A DNA stretch of 64,000 bases from Euryarchaeota archaeon UBA62 (lineage in GTDB: Archaea; Thermoplasmatota; Poseidoniia; Poseidoniales; Thalassarchaeaceae). Position numbers and translations under genes: made by a program. Position 1 is the stretch's first letter; the number at the start of each line of letters is the position of its first letter. Positions 47,410 through 57,204 of the stretch are shown here, piece after piece. The stretch is from positions 5,800-69,799 of the forward strand of contig DAPJ01000012.1 of NCBI GenBank assembly GCA_002502095.1, written 5' to 3'. A model generated the notes under the pieces. The model saw only the letters and a program-made list of their open reading frames with translations. It was not told the origin of the DNA and ran no database searches.

Positions 47410-49386
47410 GTGAGATTAATGGTTAGTGAAGCGGCAGGTTGGTATGCAAGGCTAGATCAGGCGTGTCCTGATAGAGCGAAGCAAATCAGATGTTGGTTGG
47501 ATTTTTGGGAGTCTTCTGTGATATCAGGAACACCAATTGCTGCATCTCTGCCCAATACGTGGCCGACCCTTCCTGCTGGTCTGCTGACCGACCCCGGCGT
47601 GGTTTTGGAAAAACTTCTATCAAGATTTGAAGCGGTTGAAGACGGGCGCTCTCCTAAGGGAGCTTACTCAACTCCATCCAGGCTTGTTGGATCGGTTCTG
47701 GCAGATGAGCTTTCCAGTGGAGGTCGCAGCAAGAAGAAAGAGGCTCCTCCGACCCTGTCTCTATCTGCTATTCCTCCGGCATTCAGAGACTACGCCCAGA
47801 GATTGAATAATGAAGCCTCGTCAATCTTAGGAGAAGATGACTATTCTGACAGCTCGGAGAAGACCAGCTCTGGAATCCCTCTACCCTTCGCTGATCCTAG
47901 TTGTGGTGCGGGATTGGTTGTATCACAATTGATAAGGCTCCATGCACAGAGAATAGAAGTCCTTTCTGCTGAGAATAAATGTACTGATACTTTGAGGTTG
48001 TTAGAAGGCTTGCAGCTGGTGGGTTTCTCGGGACTTGCCGTAGAAGCGGCTAGAAGGAGAATACTCATCACACTAGGGAAGGCTGGATTGGTAGATTTGT
48101 CTGGAGATAGCAGGAGTCAGATGATTGGTCGTGCTGAAGCTGAGATGATTCTTGAAAGCAATGTCCTCGAAGGCGATCCACTTCTCGGTGAGTGGCCTTG
48201 GAATGAGAGTCCCAAGCTACTGATTAGTAGACCCCCTTGGATTAGGATAAAAGATAGATTCAGGGGTCATGAAGAGGGGAGTAGGCTTCGAAAGGAGCTC
48301 TCCAGTAAGTTAAGGAATGCAACAGATTATGATGGTAGTCTGAGATTTTCTGCTCTACGTGGAAATGTGAACATGTACAGATTATTTCTCGAGAGATCGA
48401 TGCAACTTGTGGGCGAAGAGGGCAGGATTAGAATGATTGTTCCAGATTCCCTGCTGAGGGAGAGAAGTAGTGCACCCCTGAGAAAGCTACTGGTTGAAAG
48501 TAATGAGTGGTTCTCTACCTGGTCATTCCCTGACCCCAATAGGGTGTTCCCGGGCATAACCCAAGGTGTAGCGGTGTTGGGACTGACTGTTGGTGGCAAG
48601 ACTGAGAAGATGGTAAGCTACGGGCCTTTAACTGCGAATGACATTTCTACTGAGGTGGGCCTATCGAGGTCTTCACCTTCTATAGACCTGGAAAGGGGCT
48701 CATGGTCTTCCTGGACTGATGCTACTTGGGCAGTTCCGAGGATGCCAATAGATTCTTTTGATAGGAAGAAAGTTATTGAAGCGATTGGTAGATTGGCGGA
48801 TAAACCTAGGCTGTCGGAAGAGGGCAACTGGCTGAATCCAGATGGAAGCTCTGTTAGGGTGAGAGTCGGTGAAATTGACCAAAGTGCATGGTCAGACTAT
48901 ATTGATGACTGGTCGGAAGGAAGTTCAGAAATACCTTTCATTCGAAATGCTCACTTCATGGTAATGGATGGCGAGGTTTGCCTACATCATCCAGCATTCG
49001 ATAATGATGTCGAGGAGGGTGCAATTCAGAGATCTCACTCATCATGGAATGGGGATAGTAACTCTCCATCTGGCCCTAGGATCGCTTGCCAGGCCATATT
49101 GGGATCAAACAATGATAGGCGTCTTCGCTGGGCAGTTATTCCTGATGGCTGCGTATTGAGTAACTCAGTGAACTATCTTGAGTTCTCGGAGAATGTAATT
49201 GATTCTTTAGTTGGCAAGGGAGGAGGTTCGCTAGTTATTGGTTTGGAGTGGCTTTGTAAGGTCTTGAATTCTGAAGATTTGGAGATTTGGTCAAGAGCAT
49301 GGGGGGCAAATAATAACGTGAACAACTATGAGATAGAGAGTCTTCCTTTCCCTGTTCCGGAAGACGAGTTATCGTTTTCAATATAG
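47410..49386 (+). CDS. Eco57I/TaqI-like N6-adenine DNA methyltransferase homolog with degenerate catalytic motifs
   Basis: GAYSTP, FADPSCGAG, ISRPPW in place of NPP(Y/W), NMYRLFLERS...IVPDSLL, TRD-like end NNNVNNYEIESLPFP. Confidence 0.75.
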   Translation: MRLMVSEAAGWYARLDQACPDRAKQIRCWLDFWESSVISGTPIAASLPNTWPTLPAGLLTDPGVVLEKLLSRFEAVEDGRSPKGAYSTPSRLVGSVLADELSSGGRSKKKEAPPTLSLSAIPPAFRDYAQRLNNEASSILGEDDYSDSSEKTSSGIPLPFADPSCGAGLVVSQLIRLHAQRIEVLSAENKCTDTLRLLEGLQLVGFSGLAVEAARRRILITLGKAGLVDLSGDSRSQMIGRAEAEMILESNVLEGDPLLGEWPWNESPKLLISRPPWIRIKDRFRGHEEGSRLRKELSSKLRNATDYDGSLRFSALRGNVNMYRLFLERSMQLVGEEGRIRMIVPDSLLRERSSAPLRKLLVESNEWFSTWSFPDPNRVFPGITQGVAVLGLTVGGKTEKMVSYGPLTANDISTEVGLSRSSPSIDLERGSWSSWTDATWAVPRMPIDSFDRKKVIEAIGRLADKPRLSEEGNWLNPDGSSVRVRVGEIDQSAWSDYIDDWSEGSSEIPFIRNAHFMVMDGEVCLHHPAFDNDVEEGAIQRSHSSWNGDSNSPSGPRIACQAILGSNNDRRLRWAVIPDGCVLSNSVNYLEFSENVIDSLVGKGGGSLVIGLEWLCKVLNSEDLEIWSRAWGANNNVNNYEIESLPFPVPEDELSFSI

Positions 49387-49528
49387 TTGAGGCACAACTA
49401 TCAATAAAGCGGAAATAGATTTCCGTTGTGGGGAAGAATTAGGCATAATTAACCGAATAGACTATTATCGTTACTTATCCTACACTAGTCGTACTATCAC
49501 GCGAGTGTGTCATGGAGTAGTGGAGCTA

Positions 49529-50089
49529 ATGGGCATCAATCCTAAGATTGGAATAACTGGACTACCTAGATCTGGTAAGTCAGCAGTTCTCGATAAGGTC
49601 GTCAAAATGATCGAAGAAGAGAGTTCTGCGTCTGTTGGAATTCCTGTGATTGCAGGAATGAGATCAGAGGCAATTATTGAGAATGGCGAGAGGGTTGGCT
49701 ACGCTTGTGTCGATATCGTAACCGGAGAGAGGGGGATAATGGCTCACAAGGAGATTGACTCGCGTCATAGGGTACTTGGGTACGGGATTGACCCCAGTGA
49801 GATTGACAGAGTTGGAGTACCCGCGATTCTGAATGCGATTGGTAATTGTCAATACTTGGTAATCGATGAAGTTGGGAAGTTTACTGTAGAAAGCGAGGGT
49901 TTTGTATCCGCAGTTCGTGAGGCACTAAAGTACGACATGCCTACTCTTCTGACCCTTCACAAAAAGAGTCGTCATCCTCTGCTCCAAGATATCAGGAGGA
50001 GGGATGATGGACGTATTCTGGAAGTCACTCCTGTTAACAGAGCGCTCCTACCCTATAAGATACTGAAACTAATCCAACAGGACTATTGA
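49529..50089 (+). CDS. NTPase (THEP1/NTPase_1 family)
   Basis: ITGLPRSGKS, IDEVGKF, EVTPVNR. Confidence 0.88.
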   Translation: MGINPKIGITGLPRSGKSAVLDKVVKMIEEESSASVGIPVIAGMRSEAIIENGERVGYACVDIVTGERGIMAHKEIDSRHRVLGYGIDPSEIDRVGVPAILNAIGNCQYLVIDEVGKFTVESEGFVSAVREALKYDMPTLLTLHKKSRHPLLQDIRRRDDGRILEVTPVNRALLPYKILKLIQQDY

Positions 50090-50119
50090 GACGGAGAAGT
50101 TGATTCGCTGAACCCCCTG

Positions 50120-50500
50120 TTGATTATCATGAGCTCCCCCTCTATCCGGCTCAGGAGAGTCTTGATGGGCGTAATGATATCCATGGTTTTTCTCACCTCA
50201 ATATCCATTGGCGATGGTAGCCTCATCATTCTAGATGAGGATCTTTCAAATGAGGACAACAGGTCGTTTGCATTCCCTGCATTAGCGACCATCTGTGGAT
50301 TGATTCTTTTAGCAATGAGAAGAGCTGATGGTAGAGAACATGGGGGTTTCTTTCTTGACTCTTGGATAAGTAGAGAATCCGAGGATGAAATGATATCCAG
50401 GCTAAAACGAGAGCAAGACGAGGCTGGTGTCGAAAAAATGGGCGGAGCCTGGGCAGAATTGGAGAAAGTACACTTAGAAAGAAGCCTTGAAGAGGAGTAG
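50120..50500 (+). CDS. Small two-TM membrane protein
   Basis: Two hydrophobic helices and an acidic tail. Confidence 0.55.
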   Translation: MIIMSSPSIRLRRVLMGVMISMVFLTSISIGDGSLIILDEDLSNEDNRSFAFPALATICGLILLAMRRADGREHGGFFLDSWISRESEDEMISRLKREQDEAGVEKMGGAWAELEKVHLERSLEEE

Positions 50501-50552
50501 CCAGAAACGAAAGATTGACTGTTAGGTCGCCCTCGTGAGGTTGGGTGAGAGA

Positions 50553-50936
50553 ATGAGCGAGGTACCTGAGGAGCTAAGATATACTAAGGAGCATGAGTGG
50601 ATAAGGGTCGAGGGAGATTCGGTAGTCATAGGAGTAACTGACTATGCGCAGAATGCCCTTACTGATGTTGTATGGGTAGAGCTGCCTGAAATGGGTGCCG
50701 TTGTTGGTTCGATGGACTCATTCGCTAGTGTGGAGTCTGTAAAGTCAGTTAGCGAGATTTATGCTCCAATAAGTGGTGAAGTTATCGAGATCAATGATGT
50801 TTTAGAGGACTCTCCCGAGCTAATCAACGAAGATCCATATGGGAAGGGTTGGATTTGTAAAATGTCTATTTCTGACAATTCCGAGCTTGCGTCTTTGCTG
50901 GATGGGACTACTTATCGTGGGCTCATAGAGGAATGA
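50553..50936 (+). CDS. gcvH: Glycine cleavage system H protein
   Basis: YTKEHEW, GVTDYAQ, VESVKSVSEIYAP (lipoyl-Lys), NEDPYGKGW. Confidence 0.95.
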   Translation: MSEVPEELRYTKEHEWIRVEGDSVVIGVTDYAQNALTDVVWVELPEMGAVVGSMDSFASVESVKSVSEIYAPISGEVIEINDVLEDSPELINEDPYGKGWICKMSISDNSELASLLDGTTYRGLIEE

Positions 50937-51475
50937 AGATGAGGGGCTCGTCCACTTACATCTACTTCGATGGTTCGTGTGGCGAGAATAGGAATGTAAC
51001 CTCCGAGACTCCCGCTGGGTGGGGTTTCTGTGTAGTGAGCGGGGATAACGGGATTGGTAGGGGACACGGAGAGATAGTTAACGAGAAGAGCGGGGTAGTG
51101 GTCACAAACCCACTTGATGAGGATTTCATAGGAGCCCGTGTTGGTTCAAACAATACTGCTGAGTTGAGTGCTTTCGCTCACTCTCTTATCTGGATTCTCA
51201 AGAATCATGATTCGGGTAAGATAGTGATCAGAGGAGATTCTGAGTATGCCATGAACATAGGGTCAGGAAGATGGAAAGCTAAGGCTAACAAGGAGCTGGC
51301 AACAAGAGTTCGTTCACTCTGGGAAGAGGTGAACGCCTCTTTTTTCATTTCAACGGAGCATGTAAGAGCTCATGAGGGACACAGGTGGAATGAGCGTGCT
51401 GATCATTTAGCTTTCAGAGCAATGAAAGAAGAGATGCCACTTCCGCTCCAATTCTGGAAGCCTGGTAGGAGATAG
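50933..51475 (+). CDS. rnhA: Ribonuclease HI-like protein
   Basis: YFDGSC, SNNTAEL, GDSEY, HVRAH...NERAD. Confidence 0.85.
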   Translation: MKMRGSSTYIYFDGSCGENRNVTSETPAGWGFCVVSGDNGIGRGHGEIVNEKSGVVVTNPLDEDFIGARVGSNNTAELSAFAHSLIWILKNHDSGKIVIRGDSEYAMNIGSGRWKAKANKELATRVRSLWEEVNASFFISTEHVRAHEGHRWNERADHLAFRAMKEEMPLPLQFWKPGRR

Positions 51476-51952
51476 TCAAATTATCTGAAGTAGATATAAG
51501 AATCCTAGGAATGCATGGATGATCACTAACACGGCCATTACATCTCCTAATCTTCCATGTAAGTCTCGAGTTTTTACAATACTCTCTCCCTCCCTTCTCA
51601 AAGAGCTGGTCTTTCTGCCCAGATACCATAGGGACCCCATGAGTGCAAGAGCTAGAATCCCAGCCCAGCCATGATAATGATTGGGAATCAGTTGTTTTAG
51701 TGCTTGTTCATTACTCTGACCAGATATGATAGCCTCGACAATCTGAGCAATAAATGCAATCGAGATAACAAAAATGAGATATGCCATTATTCTGTTTCCT
51801 GATTTTTCGTGTTCATTCATGGCTGAAGTCCTTTCATCGCCCTTTAGGCCCTCTCTTTCTCTTCTCCAAGACCTTTGTTTCATGAATGCCCATATCAAGG
51901 CGAGAGCCAGTATTGGATGAATCATCAGAATTCCCACTCTGATAAAATCCAT
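51476..51952 (-). CDS. Four-TM membrane protein with His residues (DUF4079 / cytochrome b561-like)
   Basis: IHP, HEKSG, HYHGWAG, RDLHGRLG, IHAFLG. Confidence 0.65.
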   Translation of the reverse strand: MDFIRVGILMIHPILALALIWAFMKQRSWRREREGLKGDERTSAMNEHEKSGNRIMAYLIFVISIAFIAQIVEAIISGQSNEQALKQLIPNHYHGWAGILALALMGSLWYLGRKTSSLRREGESIVKTRDLHGRLGDVMAVLVIIHAFLGFLYLLQII

Positions 51953-52055
51953 GTATCGCCCGAGACGTGATTACTTATTTCCTCTACTGACGCGTAGGTT
52001 ACTGAGGCGATGTGTTGATGTACAGCGCGCATAGGCCGAGAGACGAGGTTGTGCT

Positions 52056-55000
52056 GTGGAGGAGTACCTTCTGGACTGTTTGGAGATACTAAGCAGGTCT
52101 GGTGACCATGAAGCAACACGGAGAAAGAAGCTTACCAATGCCCCCTCATGGTCATTGCTACAAGATCCAAGTTGGAAGGCTCTTGCTTTGATTGCCGCTA
52201 GTAAGGAGGCCATTGATACAGTCGAATCTGATGTCAATATGAGGAAGAATCGCTCACGTAGAGTAGGAAGAAGAGGGGGTCGTGGAAAGATTACTACGAC
52301 TTCCGACAAACTCGCTTCACCTGATGCTGCTATCTCCAGTGGTTATTCCTGTGGGTACAGACTTGCTGTACTCATAGCACAAAAAAACAGGCTTACTAAA
52401 GGTGAGTGGAAGATGTCATGGGATCAAGAGATGGATGTGATAAGACAGGAGTGTAGGAATGGAGTTCATCCTGTATGGGAGAGGCTTGCAAGAGAGTCCC
52501 CCCTTCTTGCAGAGCTAGGTCTTTTCCCGATTGTGGAGCCTGAATCTAGTTTTGGAGAAAGAGACCCATGGATATTCGGGTCTAGGATAGACTATTCTGA
52601 TAACGAATCTCTCAGAAGCTGGTTGAATTTGGCCGCGCCATTCAAACTTTCAGCTTCACAATTGAAAGTTATTCAAAAGATTGAGAAGGACTTGAGGAAA
52701 AATCCTCGACGTAAACTCTGGGAAGATTGGATGTCTCCTTCGTTGATAGGCTTAGAAGGAGATGCGGTGCTACTTGAGGGCCTGTTGTTGGCTTCGGCTC
52801 AATCTGATAGGGCTAGAGGAGTGTTAGAAAGTATCGAGGGAGAGTGTTCTGAAGTGGCTAGGGATCTTGGTATTCTAATTTCTCTGAGAGAGGGGGAGGA
52901 CTGTGACTGGAGCCTGACTGTCGAGAGGAAAGAGGAGGATAAGTTATGTTCTGCAATCAAAATAGAAGGATGGCTCAGAGTAGATCTTTATCCTATGGAA
53001 ATAGCTCATGAATTAGTAATGGAGGGCGTTTCTATTATCGAAGAGAGCGGTAGAAGCGTTCCATCCAGGTTAGCTTGGATAGCATCAGAGGGACTCGTTG
53101 AATCTGGAGATTTCTCTACTGCTCTGAACTACATTGAAGGGAAGGCAGTAAATGACTTCAGAGGACTGAAGACATGCTTGACTATGATATCAAGTGATTC
53201 TACGGAGATTTCACTTGATTCTATAGTTTCTGGCCTGCCAGAACTCAATGAGGAGTGTCTGAGATTGGCTCTTACTCATCCTAATTCTCCATCCCAAGTT
53301 AGGACAATGGCGGCTAGTATTCTCTCCAAAATTGATCAAATCAGGTATACTGATGAGATCATATCGTCGTTTACCATGTCAGCAGAAATAAAGGGACTAA
53401 CAGACATGCTAATTGAGGAGGTTTCGCTACAGAGAGCATATCCATTTCGTGTCATGTTGTCGTGGCACTTGATTACCGCAAAAGACTCTGTAGGGATCTC
53501 ATCCAAATTGTTGGAAGCAAGAAGAGTAGCTCTTGCATCAATAGAAGAGGCAGAGAGGGATGGGGTACTTTCTGAGGTATGCGTGGGACTGATCTCTCTC
53601 CTTGATGGAATAAGTAGCAATCTTGAGGCAGTTCATGATAAGTTGGATTCTGAAGGACTGAAGACTCTGAAAGAGGTTAGGATGGCTCTGGGACCAGAAG
53701 GGGATGGAATAGTTAAGGAAGTAAGAATAGAGAAGTTAGTTAATTCGGTTAACGATGCAGATCTGACATTATTGGAGAGGAGGCTTTTCGAAGCGGTCAT
53801 AACTGCACTGATTCTCAATAGGGCGGCTGTAAATCTCCAAAATGGGGAGGTTTCCAGTAGGGACCAAGCTATTTCCTCTCTTGAATCAGTGATTTCATCG
53901 GATAGCGTTTCTATGAGAACAATAAGGTTCGCCTCTGACCTAGTTTTCGAACACTCTGTAGGTATTGAGTCATTGGATTCCTGGTATAGGGAGAATGATA
54001 GTAAAAGTCCCGAATGTCAGATCGTTAAGGCGGCTCTACTAGAGAAAAGTGGAGATTTGATTGGTTCGGCATGGGCGTACAAAGATGCGGCTTCTAAGCT
54101 GATGGAAATAGATATTGAAAGATCTGCAATATTCCTCCGATGGTCTCTGATTTCGTTCGCACATGGAGGAGGGTGGAAGGAGGCAGTTTCTCTAATTGAT
54201 GCATATCCCACTCTCTCTGCCTCAGTAACAAACAGATTCAAAATGTATCTCAATGTCTGTAAAGATCACACAGAAAAGAATCATTTAGGGGCTACATCTA
54301 GAGTAATAGAACATGTAAGCAACGAGCAGCGCGGAGGGGAAGACGAGGGAGATAGTGCCTCTATCGTCGAGTCTCTAGAATCAATCAAAATGTATCCAGT
54401 TGAGCATGGACTCCCAATAGATCCTTTCCAAGGCAGGGTAATGGCGGCTATAATGAAGATGAGTCATTCATCGCAATCTAGGAGATCTGATCTTGAGAGA
54501 AGATTTGATTCTGAAATGAGGTCCAAAGAGAAAAATACTTTTTCAATTGTTACTATTATTGAGCAAGTTGCTGAGATGAGTCCGATTAGAGCTCTTAGGA
54601 TGTTTGAGAGAGCTTTGAAATCTGGAGAGTTCGAAGGTAGGGAAAAGAAAATCCTACAGAATACTCAGAGGAATCTGTTTACGAGACAGTCGGGAAAGAT
54701 TTCAGTTAGAGAAAGAAAGACCCTTGGTAGCCTGGGTCTGAAGCCTTTGGTGTTGGTGGATACAAATATTCTGATAGATGCTCTCAAGGATGATTTACTA
54801 AGAGAATTATCTCCAGATAGCCTTGGTAGTTTTGATTGGACTATGCAAAGAGCATTTCACTGGAAGTTGAGGTCCCTTGCCAAGGAAGATCGCGTACTAC
54901 TGAATATTCCTAGGGCCGCGATGGGGGAGTTCATGAATCGTGTTAAATCTCCTGATATAGTTCTGGACTTATTTGAAAACGTGTATATTGAAAGGTCGTC

Positions 55001-55424
55001 ATGGGACGAGATTGTCTCTGAGAAGTTTCTACAAGAGAGAGTATCTTCCATCATTTCAATCTTCAACAACTGGGATGGAGATGATTTGGAGATTGCCTCC
55101 AATGAGATAGATCTAGAAGTTTTCCTGACCAATCATAGAGAGATTTTCAGAGTTGTAGATCAGCACAAAAGAGAGCATAAGGAAGATATCCCTGCAAGAA
55201 CAGATATAGGAGGGGAGTCAATTTACCCAGAGAAAGGGGATTGTGATATAATGAAGAGTGCCGCCATTATTGCCGAATCTTTCTCTGTGGGCGTAGGAAG
55301 TGTAGTTGTTGCAACCAGGGACTCCGACTTCAAACTAGTCTCAAGAGCGTTAGAAGAAGAGTTTGGGTTTGGCGTAATTGGTGATCTTCAACAGCTTAAC
55401 AAGCTGGCATACTTGGACTCTTGA
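52056..55424 (+). CDS. Large alpha-helical protein with C-terminal PIN domain
   Basis: VLVDTNILIDA, GEF, KGDCDI, ATRDSDF in the last ~230 aa. Confidence 0.7.
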   Translation: MEEYLLDCLEILSRSGDHEATRRKKLTNAPSWSLLQDPSWKALALIAASKEAIDTVESDVNMRKNRSRRVGRRGGRGKITTTSDKLASPDAAISSGYSCGYRLAVLIAQKNRLTKGEWKMSWDQEMDVIRQECRNGVHPVWERLARESPLLAELGLFPIVEPESSFGERDPWIFGSRIDYSDNESLRSWLNLAAPFKLSASQLKVIQKIEKDLRKNPRRKLWEDWMSPSLIGLEGDAVLLEGLLLASAQSDRARGVLESIEGECSEVARDLGILISLREGEDCDWSLTVERKEEDKLCSAIKIEGWLRVDLYPMEIAHELVMEGVSIIEESGRSVPSRLAWIASEGLVESGDFSTALNYIEGKAVNDFRGLKTCLTMISSDSTEISLDSIVSGLPELNEECLRLALTHPNSPSQVRTMAASILSKIDQIRYTDEIISSFTMSAEIKGLTDMLIEEVSLQRAYPFRVMLSWHLITAKDSVGISSKLLEARRVALASIEEAERDGVLSEVCVGLISLLDGISSNLEAVHDKLDSEGLKTLKEVRMALGPEGDGIVKEVRIEKLVNSVNDADLTLLERRLFEAVITALILNRAAVNLQNGEVSSRDQAISSLESVISSDSVSMRTIRFASDLVFEHSVGIESLDSWYRENDSKSPECQIVKAALLEKSGDLIGSAWAYKDAASKLMEIDIERSAIFLRWSLISFAHGGGWKEAVSLIDAYPTLSASVTNRFKMYLNVCKDHTEKNHLGATSRVIEHVSNEQRGGEDEGDSASIVESLESIKMYPVEHGLPIDPFQGRVMAAIMKMSHSSQSRRSDLERRFDSEMRSKEKNTFSIVTIIEQVAEMSPIRALRMFERALKSGEFEGREKKILQNTQRNLFTRQSGKISVRERKTLGSLGLKPLVLVDTNILIDALKDDLLRELSPDSLGSFDWTMQRAFHWKLRSLAKEDRVLLNIPRAAMGEFMNRVKSPDIVLDLFENVYIERSSWDEIVSEKFLQERVSSIISIFNNWDGDDLEIASNEIDLEVFLTNHREIFRVVDQHKREHKEDIPARTDIGGESIYPEKGDCDIMKSAAIIAESFSVGVGSVVVATRDSDFKLVSRALEEEFGFGVIGDLQQLNKLAYLDS

Positions 55425-56420
55425 TCAATCATCTTTTGATTCCAGAGAACGCCCCAGACTCCTCATGATTGATGTTGCTGATTCTATCTCATCTACTGTC
55501 TCTACGCTTTTTCCTGCGGACCACAGATCTTTCGCTGAAGATTTCTTTCCCCTGGCTAACGATCTCATTCTCCAAAATGAGATACCTGTTATTAATACCC
55601 TGACTCGATGCTTAAATCTACTCTTTAAGAGTCTCCTAATAAGCCAATTACTATGCTTTTTGGAGCCTTTTGTTTCTATCACTGCAATAGGCACACCAGT
55701 AAGTTTTGTTGTCCATGTGATGTCTTCCTCTTTCGCATTGACTATGGCATCTTTGTAATCCTGAGGAGTTGTACATTCGTGTGTAGCAATGAATCTCGTA
55801 CCCATCTGAACTCCATCATATCCCATCTCCATAGCTGCTATTAGTTCCTTTTCACTGCCAATTCCACCGGCGCAGATAAGTGGGACGCCGAGGTCAGATA
55901 GATCCTCATACATCTGCTCCATTGAAAGGTCACCCAGATGCCCTCCGGCCCTGTTATTAACACAAATCAATCCATCCACGCCACAATCAATTCCCTTTAT
56001 GGCGTGCGTTCTGTTAGTTACATCATGGTAGACAAAGCCTCCTTTTGCATGGACCCTCTCGCACACCCAATCGGGCTTTCCCAATGATGTGACAAAGAAT
56101 CTTATTCCTTCTTCCAAGGCTATGTCGATCCATTCAGACATTCTCTGGAGATACTTTTCACTGCCTTTTTCTATTAGTGCATTGAATCCAATTGGATTAG
56201 TTGTCATGGTCCTGATATGGCGAATAGCTACCCTCAGGCCCTCTTTGGTATCTGGCTTGTTGTAACCGTGCACCATAGTCAGGGATACTGGTTGTACTAT
56301 TGCGATTCCTCCGCCCTCTGAAGCGGCCGCTACTAGTTCTGGGTTAGAGCATGGATACATAGCTCCACAGATAATTGGATATTCGATTCCAGCGTCTTGT
56401 GTAAGTCGTGTCGCTACCAA
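55425..56420 (-). CDS. Nitronate monooxygenase / FabK-like flavin oxidoreductase
   Basis: YPIICGAM, AGGHLG, PLICAGGIG, GVQMGTRFIATHEC; start taken at TTG 56420. Confidence 0.85.
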   Translation of the reverse strand: MVATRLTQDAGIEYPIICGAMYPCSNPELVAAASEGGGIAIVQPVSLTMVHGYNKPDTKEGLRVAIRHIRTMTTNPIGFNALIEKGSEKYLQRMSEWIDIALEEGIRFFVTSLGKPDWVCERVHAKGGFVYHDVTNRTHAIKGIDCGVDGLICVNNRAGGHLGDLSMEQMYEDLSDLGVPLICAGGIGSEKELIAAMEMGYDGVQMGTRFIATHECTTPQDYKDAIVNAKEEDITWTTKLTGVPIAVIETKGSKKHSNWLIRRLLKSRFKHRVRVLITGISFWRMRSLARGKKSSAKDLWSAGKSVETVDEIESATSIMRSLGRSLESKDD

Positions 56421-56424
56421 TAAA

Positions 56425-56925
56425 TCACTTCCTGTTAACAGCGAGAAGGTTCCACTTGAAGACCCATTCTGAAACCACATCTCCCGACGAGTCTTTTCCT
56501 ACTGAAATTAGATCGACATCAACAGCCTCACCTTTCTCCAAACTCTCTTCAATAGCCTCTCTAGCTTTGGACACATCTGAGCAAGTGAATGTAATTCTAC
56601 CTTTGGCCCTCTTAACGAATTTTGCCTCAGTACTAATAACGAACATCCTTAGTTTCTCATCCATTGATCTTGATATGGCAAAGGGGGCTGCTCCAGTTGC
56701 TAGTTCTGCTCCCATCCCCTGGACTGCCCAATACATTGTCTTGAATGGGTTCTGAGATCTCCATCCACCTGGTAATGATGTAACGCATTTATCACTGTCA
56801 AGGACGTCCATTCTTAGTCCAGAAAACCAAGCTGCAGGCATAGATAGAGCTGTGAATATTCTAAATTTTATCCGGCCAGTTAGTGATTTGTATTCCGAGA
56901 TTAGCTTGGTGTCATCGATTGGCAC
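56425..56925 (-). CDS. Hotdog-fold thioesterase-like protein (DUF4442-like)
   Basis: MPAAWFSG, QNPFKTMYWA...ELATG, AKFVKRAKGRITFTC. Confidence 0.75.
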   Translation of the reverse strand: MPIDDTKLISEYKSLTGRIKFRIFTALSMPAAWFSGLRMDVLDSDKCVTSLPGGWRSQNPFKTMYWAVQGMGAELATGAAPFAISRSMDEKLRMFVISTEAKFVKRAKGRITFTCSDVSKAREAIEESLEKGEAVDVDLISVGKDSSGDVVSEWVFKWNLLAVNRK

Positions 56926-56937
56926 CTAATCACCTCA

Positions 56938-57204
56938 TCATCCATCCAACTCATCCACTATGGAACAATATCTTTCCATGGCTTCGGATTCGGACATTCC
57001 TGAAATAGCGTTCCATGCCTTCCATTTTGCCCTCTCCTTCATTCCGCCACTTGCCCTACCTTGGCAATCCCCATCAGTAGCTTGTTTGAATAGGGCATAC
57101 AATTCTAGGAGTTGATTGTTTGAAGGCCTTTCTGATAAATCCCATACCTTTTTTGATGATCTTTTAAATTTTATTTTCAGTGATTGGCTAGCCTTTCCCG
57201 TCAT
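56938..57204 (-). CDS. Acyl-CoA-binding protein (ACBP)
   Basis: RPSNNQLLELYALFKQATDGD, RAKWKAW, GMSESEAMERY. Confidence 0.9.
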   Translation of the reverse strand: MTGKASQSLKIKFKRSSKKVWDLSERPSNNQLLELYALFKQATDGDCQGRASGGMKERAKWKAWNAISGMSESEAMERYCSIVDELDG

